Source: a virus
Length of the DNA stretch: 64,000 nt
IMG/VR virus record: IMGVR_UViG_3300012943_000029
Span: 66,176 to 130,175 of that record
Strand: one strand, 5' to 3'
Position numbers and translations under genes: made by a program. Below are positions 27,251 through 35,484 of the stretch, one piece after another; position 1 is the first letter of the stretch, and each line of letters begins with the position of its first letter. The notes beneath the pieces were generated by a model. It saw only the letters and a program-made list of their open reading frames with translations. It had not been told where the DNA came from and ran no database searches.

Positions 27251-29070
27251 TATGGTGCCGTGACGAAGGTTCCAGACTGCGCGACTGATGGCAGCGCGAT
27301 GCCTGGGAAGTTCGAGTTGAGCGAGTTGGCGAGGTAAGCAGTGATGTTCGATGACAGCGTTCCATCAAGCGAGGTATCGATCGGCTCACCGGTAATATCC
27401 TGCAGGTAGAACTCAATGCTGACGTTGAGAACATAGTTCGCCCCCTCGACAGGGTCTACCTTCACAATGACGCCGCCATGGGTTGGTGGGTCTGAAGCGT
27501 AGAGGCCACCGCCCGGTGTGTCAAGCACGTCGCGCTCAAACACTCGCTGGTCTGGTGCATCGTTGATTGAGAAGTAGAAGCCGCGAGTGCTTCCACCAGC
27601 TGGAATGTATGGCTCGTAATCTGCACCAAGCTTCGTACCGAAGTAGTCGTACTTCAGGCCGGTGAAGGCGGCTAGGAAGTTCTGCCAATCAAGCTCGACA
27701 TCTGACGGTGATCCAGATGGGGTGAACGACCAGTTAAACTCAAGCTTGCCGCCCGCGTTGAAGAACGCCTGCGCCTTTGCCTTGTTCAGGAAGGTGAGCT
27801 CAACAGTATGAACGTAGGTGCCTAGCGTAGATGGAACACCAAGCGACTGACCTGGCGTCGTGCGCGTTGATGTTGCAAGCGAGCTCACCTGCGTCGACGC
27901 TACTGCCAAATCGAAGCGAGCTGCCTCGAGAGCATCAAGCGCAAGCTTAGTGGCGTTGAGATACGTCATCACAGAGCCAATGCCAAGTGGACCAAAGCCT
28001 GACGTGATGTTCGCAACTGTACCCTGATTTGGGCTTGGGCCCATATCTAGGTTGTTGTAGACGTTTGCAAGCGTGTTGCCAGGAATTAGTGGACGACCAT
28101 CTGAGATGAAGCCGACAGGTGAAGTGTTGCTCTCATCAATGCCGACTTCACGCAGCGCCTTACGAAGGCGCGAGACGAGAATTGACCAGCTCGCATTTGA
28201 GAACTGAGCTGGGAAGCTCTGCGAATATGGAAGACCTGCTTCATCACTTGCGTTGCTGAGAACACCTGCGCTGTCGTATGTTGGTACAAGGTCAGTCTGA
28301 CCCCAGCCAAACGCCTGCGTCGTGTCGGCACCAGAATAAATCGGTGGGCCGATGATGCGGTTGAGCCGCGTTGCCATGCCAGTGAGCGTGCCGCTCTCTT
28401 GATAGAGCTCTATGGTGGCGTTGCCCTTCGGTCCATACCACGCCGGAATATAGAACTGAATGTGATCCACACCGATGATGGCGTCATTGCCGGAAACAAT
28501 CTCAGTGCCGTAGCCGGCAAGGGTGATGTGAAACGTGAAGGCTGATGGGTTTGCATTCACAGCATCGCGAAGATCCTGTGAGTAGAAGTAGATCTCACCA
28601 TATGTCTGCGCTGAGACCTTCACCATGTCTGGATAGCCGCCCAAGTTGATGAGCGTTCCAGATGGTGGTGACAGCTCCCAATCGCCGCCAGCGCCAGTGA
28701 CGGCTTCAAATGGTGTAACGGGCGGGCCTGCATCTGGCGTCATGCCGTAATCGGCTAGACCGCCAACGACGATGACAGCTGGAGATGACTGCTCCCAGTA
28801 CGTGCCGTTCCACACGTACATGATGCGCTCATCAAGCTTGTACCAATTCTGACCAATCGTTGGGTACAGAGGCGGGATGTCGCGCGCAAAATTTTCCATC
28901 AGCTGAATGAAGTTCTGCTGCTGGTAGAGACCGTAGTTGTTGAGCCCCTTGCCGGTAAGGGTGATGGACGTCGATGCGGTGTCAGCCGTCTGCTGCGCCA
29001 CCGTGATCGGGTCTTTGCTCGGCGGATGGCCGGGATCTGGCGACGATGACCAGTTTACTGTGTAGTCCAT
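27250..29070 (-). CDS. virion structural protein (baseplate/fibre anchor domain)
   Basis: Same N-terminal domain as 18446-20071 (TSITLTGK...NFIQLMENFA...PTIGQNWY); FFNAGG motif. Confidence 0.75.
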   Translation of the reverse strand: MDYTVNWSSSPDPGHPPSKDPITVAQQTADTASTSITLTGKGLNNYGLYQQQNFIQLMENFARDIPPLYPTIGQNWYKLDERIMYVWNGTYWEQSSPAVIVVGGLADYGMTPDAGPPVTPFEAVTGAGGDWELSPPSGTLINLGGYPDMVKVSAQTYGEIYFYSQDLRDAVNANPSAFTFHITLAGYGTEIVSGNDAIIGVDHIQFYIPAWYGPKGNATIELYQESGTLTGMATRLNRIIGPPIYSGADTTQAFGWGQTDLVPTYDSAGVLSNASDEAGLPYSQSFPAQFSNASWSILVSRLRKALREVGIDESNTSPVGFISDGRPLIPGNTLANVYNNLDMGPSPNQGTVANITSGFGPLGIGSVMTYLNATKLALDALEAARFDLAVASTQVSSLATSTRTTPGQSLGVPSTLGTYVHTVELTFLNKAKAQAFFNAGGKLEFNWSFTPSGSPSDVELDWQNFLAAFTGLKYDYFGTKLGADYEPYIPAGGSTRGFYFSINDAPDQRVFERDVLDTPGGGLYASDPPTHGGVIVKVDPVEGANYVLNVSIEFYLQDITGEPIDTSLDGTLSSNITAYLANSLNSNFPGIALPSVAQSGTFVTAP

Positions 29071-29134
29071 GTTGTCTCCGAGTTGCGCCGGCTCACAAGC
29101 ACCCGACCTGCCGGTTTAGTTTGGTCGCGCAGTG

Positions 29135-29140
29135 TATTTA
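29135..29140 (-). promoter_or_regulatory. late promoter TAAATA
   Basis: Intergenic, upstream of a structural gene. Confidence 0.55.
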
Positions 29141-29156
29141 TCGCCTCGGCAACTAA

Positions 29157-29190
29157 CTGAGGGGCTGTCCACCTCTGTACAGCCCCTCAG
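29157..29190 (-). terminator. probable intrinsic terminator after phoH
   Basis: Perfect 12-bp stem CTGAGGGGCTGT/ACAGCCCCTCAG followed by TTAGTT. Confidence 0.6.
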
Positions 29191-29251
29191 GTCCAGTTGA
29201 ACTTACGTCATGCTAAGGATGTAGTGCGGCAGTTAAGCCGTCTATGAAGCC

Positions 29252-29995
29252 CTAGACAGACCCCTTCTTCGGGTCCGGAGCATCGAGCAGCGTTAGGATC
29301 TTCTTCACGATCTCGGACCGGACTACGTCCTGGTTTTCGAATGCAATGTAGTTGATTTGCTCGTCCCTCCCTGTAAGTTTTCGAATAGCGTACTGAAGCC
29401 CATTTTCCCACGGGCCAACATGGTCTCTCGGCTTCTTGAGATCTGATTGAGTGACATCACCATTGATCGAGAACGTGCTGCCGTGACCAATGCGGGTCAG
29501 GAACATTCTCATCTGCTCTATGGTGGTGTTTTGCGCCTCGTCTAGAATGACGAACGCATTGTTGAAGGTTCGACCGCGCATGTATGCCAGCGGGGCGATC
29601 TCGATCTTCTGATCCTCAAGCAACAGCTTTGCCTTCATCGGACCTACGTGGTCTTGAAGAGCATCAAAAAGCGGGAGGAGATATGGATCGAGCTTTTCCT
29701 CTAGCGTTCCAGGCAGGAAGCCGAGGTCTTCACCTGCCTGAACGACAGGGCGCGTAACAACAATGCGATTGACTTCGCGTGAGAGCAGTTTTTCTAGAGC
29801 TACTGCAGTGACGAGGAACGTTTTGCCTGCACCTGCAGGGCCGCCGCAGATGGTAAGAGACATGTTCCTCAGACTTTCTAAGTAGAGCTCCTGTCCGAAG
29901 TTTCTAGCTTTGATAGGCTGCTTGATGTGTACTGGCTTACCTTCATGCTCGACAGCAGCATTAGGTGGGTATTTCTGCTTCTTACGCTTAGGCAT
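29252..29995 (-). CDS. phoH: PhoH family ATPase
   Basis: GPAGAGKT, LGFLPG, YMRGRTF, DEAQN, GDVTQSD. Confidence 0.95.
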   Translation of the reverse strand: MPKRKKQKYPPNAAVEHEGKPVHIKQPIKARNFGQELYLESLRNMSLTICGGPAGAGKTFLVTAVALEKLLSREVNRIVVTRPVVQAGEDLGFLPGTLEEKLDPYLLPLFDALQDHVGPMKAKLLLEDQKIEIAPLAYMRGRTFNNAFVILDEAQNTTIEQMRMFLTRIGHGSTFSINGDVTQSDLKKPRDHVGPWENGLQYAIRKLTGRDEQINYIAFENQDVVRSEIVKKILTLLDAPDPKKGSV

Positions 29996-30100
29996 ATGAA
30001 GTCCCTTGTGTGGTGGTTAGTGCCAGTCACCGGGTACAATCATCCGTGAGAGTGGGTCATTCTCCTTTTTGAAGTTGAGCGTGAGGTTACGAACAAGCGC

Positions 30101-30496
30101 TTAGTCTTGCTTCTTGAGAACCAGCTTGACCCACTCGATCGCTGAAAGCTGTGGGTTGCAAGCATATGGATTTGCCTCGAAGTTTGCTGGACGCTGGAGC
30201 TCAGCGAGCAGCCAAGTTGAAACTTGAACTGAGACCTCAGGGGTGAACGCCTTTACCTGCTCAATGAGCTCGGCATTCGTCGACATGCTGTATGGAGCAA
30301 GCTCGCGTGGCCAGCTGTATGGACCACCGTTTCTGAACATCTCAATGAGAGCGGCAACGATGAAGTACTGGACGTTGTTCGTAACGCCACCATCGCGGAC
30401 TACCTGTTCGAGGGTCATGGTGATGTGGACTGGGATCACGCCTTCCTTGAGGTCGACTGAACCGGCTACGACTGTCTTGATTTCGTTAAGTCTCAT
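30101..30496 (-). CDS. hypothetical, probably virion, protein (MRLNEI)
   Basis: Late promoter upstream; propeptide-like N-terminus. Confidence 0.65.
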   Translation of the reverse strand: MRLNEIKTVVAGSVDLKEGVIPVHITMTLEQVVRDGGVTNNVQYFIVAALIEMFRNGGPYSWPRELAPYSMSTNAELIEQVKAFTPEVSVQVSTWLLAELQRPANFEANPYACNPQLSAIEWVKLVLKKQD

Positions 30497-30529
30497 GGTA
30501 TGTCCTTTGTGCCCTGTAGGCTCTCAAAG

Positions 30530-30561
30530 TATTTATACGTGCCGCCTGGCAGGCATAAATA
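30530..30561. promoter_or_regulatory. back-to-back divergent late promoters
   Basis: TATAAATA on the minus strand (30530-30537) and TAAATA on the plus strand (30556-30561). Confidence 0.7.
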
Positions 30562-30589
30562 CCAGGGCACGACATCACCAGGAACATCA

Positions 30590-31012
30590 ATGAAGCTCTC
30601 ACAACTCAAGCGCCTCAACGAGGCTATCACAGGTTCAACCGTAGAAGCTGCTGATCTTAAGGACAAGAGGTTTGTCGACAAGCTAGCAAACGAGCTGCAT
30701 GACAATGGCTTTCCAGATACCTTCAAGCTGGACGTCAAGCTGTCAAACGGCCATGTGCTACCGACCACGTGGAAGCTTACGAACAAGTCGATCAACGACA
30801 GCCCAACTTGGCACCAACTAACGTTCGCCTACGAACCAGATCATGAGAGCAGCACGCGCAAGTTTGATTACCTACGCCACGCCGAGAAGGATGACAACGA
30901 TCCTGAAGGTGAGACATACGATGAGCTTCAGCACGACCTCAACTTCGACATGCTCGAGGTAATGGCCGAACTCAGATCAGATATTGAGAAGGTGTATGGA
31001 CACCTCACCTAA
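30590..31012 (+). CDS. hypothetical acidic protein (MKLSQLKRLNE...)
   Basis: AGGA RBS and plus-strand late promoter. Confidence 0.7.
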   Translation: MKLSQLKRLNEAITGSTVEAADLKDKRFVDKLANELHDNGFPDTFKLDVKLSNGHVLPTTWKLTNKSINDSPTWHQLTFAYEPDHESSTRKFDYLRHAEKDDNDPEGETYDELQHDLNFDMLEVMAELRSDIEKVYGHLT

Positions 31013-31241
31013 GGCTGAAGATGCCAAGATCGCGCCGCGCACAGAGTGGGCGAAGCTGTCTGTTACTCAGCTGTATGACAACCGCAACAAGCTGATGGAC
31101 CTCTACTACAACATGCGTGGGGCAGGTGCCACATTCGCTGAGCAGTACAAGAAGATCATCAGCGACCTTGATATCCTGATCCGTCGGCGTGAGGCTGAGC
31201 AGCTAACTGAGCAGCTTGCCGAGCAGGAAACTAATCGATAG
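30996..31241 (+). CDS. hypothetical protein
   Basis: ORF overlapping the upstream plus-strand gene. Confidence 0.6.
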   Translation: MDTSPKAEDAKIAPRTEWAKLSVTQLYDNRNKLMDLYYNMRGAGATFAEQYKKIISDLDILIRRREAEQLTEQLAEQETNR

Positions 31242-31731
31242 GCTTGCTCTTGAAGTGCGCTTCAAGGCGCGCGTACAGGCCACGCTCTAGCCCGTAGGCC
31301 TCAACCTCCCACTTCGACAGATAGTAGTCAACATCTGTTTGCTTCTCGGGGTATGGGCTTCTCTCTCCACGAAACACCGTGCAGGTGGCTAGGTCCCTTA
31401 GCTCTCCGCGAGCGTACTGTTTGACATGAACCAGCTCATGGCACAGGTCTCGCATGATGTTGCCGAAGCGCTTTTGAAGCTTATCAGAGCGCTTTGAAAC
31501 TCGCCTGTCATTCAACCATATGCGGGCATACTTGCCAGTTTCCGTCTCATCATACCCACATTCAGCCTTCGTCTTTTCTCTGCGCTGTTCATCATTAGGT
31601 GGGGCAAGTGAGATAATAACGTTGAGGTTCTTTCTGGCCCGTCTAGGAATTAGAAAGTCGAGCGTATAAACTGTGGCGCGTCGGATGAGAGCGCGCTCCT
31701 TTTCTGTCATGTTGCCTTGAATGCGGATCAT
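31231..31731 (-). CDS. zinc metallopeptidase-like protein (HExxH)
   Basis: LCHELVHVKQY...WEVEAY. Confidence 0.75.
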   Translation of the reverse strand: MIRIQGNMTEKERALIRRATVYTLDFLIPRRARKNLNVIISLAPPNDEQRREKTKAECGYDETETGKYARIWLNDRRVSKRSDKLQKRFGNIMRDLCHELVHVKQYARGELRDLATCTVFRGERSPYPEKQTDVDYYLSKWEVEAYGLERGLYARLEAHFKSKPID

Positions 31732-31741
31732 TGACCTACCC

Positions 31742-32422
31742 TCATGTCCATAGGTACTTTCTAATCGCAAGCACACGCTGAAGCATGCGCTCACACATGA
31801 TGTCGTGTTCGTCTTCAATCTCACGAAGCTCATTCCACGTGATGAGCTTCTCCTTACCATTCGGTACCATCTTCAGCTCGTTGCCGGTGAACACGTACTT
31901 CTCACCGGTCTTCTCATATAGTTTCCAATGATCAATGTCGTACTTCTCATCCTTGTACCACTCGTACAGACGGAATACTTCAACGTTCTTGCGGTAGTAG
32001 ATGTTGGCGGTCTTTTCAAGCTCGCACAGCTCGTCAACGCTCATGCCCTCGTAGGGTGGTTTCAGAAGCTCGAGGCGGGCCTGCTCGATGAACTGTGTCA
32101 TTGCAGGGCGGTCAGTGTAGCGCTTGCCGCTCCACTTGGTTTCCCAGTCCTTGAACGGCTGCTCGAGCTCGACAAAGTCTACGAGAATTTGGAACATGGC
32201 GTGGAACATGATAGCATCACGATCAGACCACGTTCGAGGGAGGGCGTGAAGCGTGAGGCGGTTGTGCGGCTTGAAGTAGCAGCGCACGTCGTAGATGGCG
32301 CTGTGGAAGTGGTTGTTGAGAGCGCGAGCGCGCCTGATGGTGCTTTTTACGAGCGCACGGATCGACTGCTTGCTAAAGCCGAACTTGACTTTTGTTTCGA
32401 CCGTAAAAAGGGTAGGGTTCAC
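31742..32422 (-). CDS. hypothetical protein
   Basis: GTG start with GGAG RBS; W.DRD...HAMFQILVDFVE...LWT. Confidence 0.7.
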   Translation of the reverse strand: MNPTLFTVETKVKFGFSKQSIRALVKSTIRRARALNNHFHSAIYDVRCYFKPHNRLTLHALPRTWSDRDAIMFHAMFQILVDFVELEQPFKDWETKWSGKRYTDRPAMTQFIEQARLELLKPPYEGMSVDELCELEKTANIYYRKNVEVFRLYEWYKDEKYDIDHWKLYEKTGEKYVFTGNELKMVPNGKEKLITWNELREIEDEHDIMCERMLQRVLAIRKYLWT

Positions 32423-32427
32423 GTTCA

Positions 32428-32471
32428 GTCTCCGGTGCTGCCATTCGCCGGCACGTGTATTTAGCCGAGAC
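32428..32471 (-). promoter_or_regulatory. late promoter TAAATA (32458-32463) within a hairpin that pairs with the RBS
   Basis: GUCUC upstream pairs with GAGAC, which overlaps the GGAG SD; inner CGGC/GCCG stem. Confidence 0.55.
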
Positions 32472-32546
32472 AGCCGATGCGCCGGCCAGAGCCCGACACA
32501 AACCCACCGCCGAGAGGCGGTGGAACAGGTCAACGAGAGATTGAAC

Positions 32547-32987
32547 TTAGGTCAAAGTCAGGAGAGGCTTTGGGCCAAAGAAAATCCAGGAGATGCGAGC
32601 GGCTTTCCAGCCCGCGTAGATGGTAAGCACGTGGAAGATGATCAGTGGGATCGAGGTGAACTTGACCATCAAGAGGTACCACAGCTTGGCGAAATACCAG
32701 GCTCCCTCAAACGGAACCAACAGCATCTGCCACAGCTCTCGACCCTCCAGCTGCAGGCCATTGAGCTGGACAACTGCATCACCGAACGAGTACCAGTAGG
32801 TCTCGTCGACGTAGAAGAACATCACGAGGCAGCCCATGATTGCGGCGAAGGTAAGGAATGCCGGCGTGAGGATGGTCCAGATAGCGAGCAGCCTGGCAGC
32901 TGGCGCGCTTGCGAAGATGCGATAGAAGAGGTACAACGCGTAGCACGTGACAATCGCGTAGGTAATACCGACAACCATAACAAACAC
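32547..32987 (-). CDS. multi-pass membrane protein
   Basis: Three to four hydrophobic segments; directly after an early-type promoter. Confidence 0.65.
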   Translation of the reverse strand: MFVMVVGITYAIVTCYALYLFYRIFASAPAARLLAIWTILTPAFLTFAAIMGCLVMFFYVDETYWYSFGDAVVQLNGLQLEGRELWQMLLVPFEGAWYFAKLWYLLMVKFTSIPLIIFHVLTIYAGWKAARISWIFFGPKPLLTLT

Positions 32988-33012
32988 CCTTGTCCAACCT
33001 ATCCTAGGAAGG

Positions 33013-33060
33013 ATTGTAAGCCAGTCCTAGGAAGAAGTACACAGGTCAAGTTATGTTAAA
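33013..33060 (-). promoter_or_regulatory. early-type promoter TTTAACATAA...TGTACT-N17-TACAAT
   Basis: Motif repeated at 53.2, 57.8 and 63.0 kb. Confidence 0.75.
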
Positions 33061-33064
33061 TGGG

Positions 33065-33856
33065 TCAGCGGAAGATGACCTTGAGCTTCTTGAGCTTGAA
33101 CAACTTCGGTGCTACCTTAGGCGCCTTCACCTCAGCAGCTTCCTTGACGCGCTTCCTTGGTGTCGGTGCCACGTCAACAGACTTGAGCAGGCTTCCACCA
33201 AGATCCTCAACGACGCTTGAGACGATCTGCTTCACCATCTCCTCGCGAGTTTGCATGTTGATCTGCACCTTAGGGGTGGGCGCTGGCGCTGGTGCTGCGG
33301 TCTTTGCAGCTGCCTTAGGCGCTGGAGCCGCATCATCTTCTGGCTTGCTGTCGGCAGCCTTATCATCTGCCGCCTGAGTTGTTGCGGCGTTGCTGTCAGC
33401 AGCCTTCGTGTCTGCCGCCTTTGCATCAGCAGCCTTCGTGTCTGCAGCGGTGCTGTCGGCTGGCTTGCTATCAGCAGCCTTCGTATCGGCAGGCTTTGAT
33501 GTGGCGGCGACTGCCTCGGCGGTTGGAGCTGGTTCAGGCTGTGCGACAGGTTCTGGGGCTGGCGTAACAACAGCCTCAGGCAGCGGCTCAATGGTTGCGG
33601 CTGACTTGAACGGTGTGAAGATGCGGTTGTTGACGATGACGTGAATGCCAAGCTTCACCTCACCCGCGCCAAACACAGCACCAGGGTTGTCGACGCGAGC
33701 TACCCAGTCTTCACCGTTTCTGGTGGCTGCGTAGCTAAGCGAGCGTCCGTCCTTCTCTAGGACGAGCGCGACAGATGATGGCACGGCCTGGGTACCAGCA
33801 ATTCCCACCTTGAAGGCGAGCTCAACTGGATTAGAATGTGGGAATGAGAGTAGCAT
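33065..33856 (-). CDS. hypothetical protein with a low-complexity pentapeptide-repeat linker
   Basis: Beta-rich N-domain, about 10 (A/P)ADxK-type repeats, basic C-terminus. Confidence 0.7.
   Translation of the reverse strand: MLLSFPHSNPVELAFKVGIAGTQAVPSSVALVLEKDGRSLSYAATRNGEDWVARVDNPGAVFGAGEVKLGIHVIVNNRIFTPFKSAATIEPLPEAVVTPAPEPVAQPEPAPTAEAVAATSKPADTKAADSKPADSTAADTKAADAKAADTKAADSNAATTQAADDKAADSKPEDDAAPAPKAAAKTAAPAPAPTPKVQINMQTREEMVKQIVSSVVEDLGGSLLKSVDVAPTPRKRVKEAAEVKAPKVAPKLFKLKKLKVIFR
33341..33495. repeat. degenerate 15-bp tandem repeat (about 10 units)
   Basis: Units such as GCAGCCTTCGTGTCT; encodes ADTKA-ADSKP-ADSTA-ADTKA... Confidence 0.75.
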
Positions 33857-34500
33857 TAACTGCGTCGAACCTCAAAGTAGACCTCAAAATCTTTGCAGCG
33901 GTACAGCATGTTCGGGGTGACCTTACCATGCTTCTTCAGCAGCGCCTCGAAGTTGGCATAGTTCACCTCATAGTTAGGATCCGCCTGCAGTGCGTCCCTA
34001 ATCAGCTCAATGCACGTCAGCTTGTTGTCCTTGGCAAAGTCAAACAGCGTGTCGTACTTACGGCCAACATATGTCCTTGACTTGTCCATCACCTGCGTCC
34101 ATTGTTCAATGGTGAAGGTGCGCGGCTTAAGCAGCGCGACTGAGCTTACGTTCTTGAACACCAAGTTGAATGGGTCGTATGAGACGCCACGCTTAGGCGT
34201 CGCCTCAACAAGACGAAAGTCATCATCGGACATAACCTCGTCTTCCAGGTTCATAAGACAGTGGGCGTAAAATCCAAACCTGCCAGTCATGACCAGGTCG
34301 GTAAGGCCAACAAACCACGCCGAAAGAAGGTTACTCGAGCGAGTGCAGATCAAGTAGTAATCCTTGGCCAGCATGTCCTTGATGTTCTCGAGCTCTTCCC
34401 CAGAAAGCGGGTCCCTCTGCTTCCATCTAACGCAGCTAATCAGTCTGACCACCAAGGTCGGCAACCAGCCAAGGTACTTCCTGAAGAAGGACTTGACCAT
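33856..34500 (-). CDS. permuted papain-like amidase (YiiX/YebB-like NlpC/P60)
   Basis: FYAH, VEAT, GRKYD..F, CIELI (His before Cys), VTP. Confidence 0.75.
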   Translation of the reverse strand: MVKSFFRKYLGWLPTLVVRLISCVRWKQRDPLSGEELENIKDMLAKDYYLICTRSSNLLSAWFVGLTDLVMTGRFGFYAHCLMNLEDEVMSDDDFRLVEATPKRGVSYDPFNLVFKNVSSVALLKPRTFTIEQWTQVMDKSRTYVGRKYDTLFDFAKDNKLTCIELIRDALQADPNYEVNYANFEALLKKHGKVTPNMLYRCKDFEVYFEVRRS

Positions 34501-34506
34501 GTGGGC

Positions 34507-34881
34507 TTACCTCTTAATGAGCCGAACGTCAGAGATATTTACAGTTTCTAGGATTGAATTGGCGATCTTCAGGCCATGGACTGTGATGAGCGGTACCATG
34601 GTCTCGTCACCACGCTCCAGCGTATGAAGATAGGTCTGGCCATTGAACTCGATGGTGACCGCGATCGCCGGCATCTCCAGCGTGCTGACATCAACCGTAT
34701 CATCCTCAACCTGACGACGGAAGATGCCGAGGTTCTCATAGTTAGCATTGACCTTCTGCTGCTGCCCACCACCAACTGCGGTTGGGATGAACGGTGGCAG
34801 GGTCGAGATAATAGCCGCACGACGATACGAGCAGATGTCATCGATCTGCGAGCAGTTGATTGTGCAGGCGTTGATGGACAT
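34507..34881 (-). CDS. hypothetical protein
   Basis: ORF in fibre operon. Confidence 0.65.
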   Translation of the reverse strand: MSINACTINCSQIDDICSYRRAAIISTLPPFIPTAVGGGQQQKVNANYENLGIFRRQVEDDTVDVSTLEMPAIAVTIEFNGQTYLHTLERGDETMVPLITVHGLKIANSILETVNISDVRLIKR

Positions 34882-35483
34882 TAGCTCTGCTCTACATCAG
34901 TCCAAGTGACAGCATTTACATCGGCCACAGATGTCATAGCGAGAACAGCATCCTTAACACCGTTGAAGGTGACGAGCACCTGCAGCTTGAACGCTGCGCC
35001 GTCATCTAGCACCTGACGAAGCTGGGTGTACGTGTGTGGAAGATATGCTTTCACACCAGTGCTTGGATCACGTGAAGCGTAGTACATCGACGTACCTTCA
35101 GGATTTGCCACAGATGGTGATGTCGCTAGAATGGAACCGAGCATGTTGGCCTGGTCTTCTAGCTCGGCATCATAGCGCCGCGATGAACCGATCGCATCAG
35201 AGATAACACCTGACGTGATGTTATTTCCGGCAGCCACGCTAAGCTCAGTAATTTTGGCAACCTTAGCTTCCGTCAGCAGGCTAGCATCGGCGTCCATCTC
35301 TTCAGGTGTCATAATGCGAACGTTGTTCTCACCATAGAAGACCCAAAAGCGTGGGCTTACAAGCTGCGCGGCCTCGAAGTCATCAAACACTGGGTCAATG
35401 ACGAATTCTTCTGGGCTCTCCAGCGTCTCGATATCCTCGACGCTGTTCCAGGTGTGCTTTGTTTTGTGGAAGATTACTGACAT
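34881..35483 (-). CDS. DUF4376-like tail fibre assembly protein
   Basis: K..KI.EL...YD...DQAN...HT..QL..V..D...VNAVTW pattern; downstream of fibre genes. Confidence 0.65.
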   Translation of the reverse strand: MSVIFHKTKHTWNSVEDIETLESPEEFVIDPVFDDFEAAQLVSPRFWVFYGENNVRIMTPEEMDADASLLTEAKVAKITELSVAAGNNITSGVISDAIGSSRRYDAELEDQANMLGSILATSPSVANPEGTSMYYASRDPSTGVKAYLPHTYTQLRQVLDDGAAFKLQVLVTFNGVKDAVLAMTSVADVNAVTWTDVEQS

Positions 35484-35484
35484 C

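Noticed and set aside
30040-30070. Leader peptide MTHSHG upstream of phoH
   Set aside because: AAGGAG is only 1 nt from the ATG, too close for a normal RBS, and there is no other support.
32295-33059. Long plus-strand ORFs in the track (e.g. 32295-33059, 54910-55785, 16047-16715, 36626-37336)
   Set aside because: Antisense shadows of well-supported minus-strand genes, with no RBS or recognisable motifs.
33341-33495. CRISPR array
   Set aside because: Degenerate in-frame 15-bp coding repeats with no spacers.
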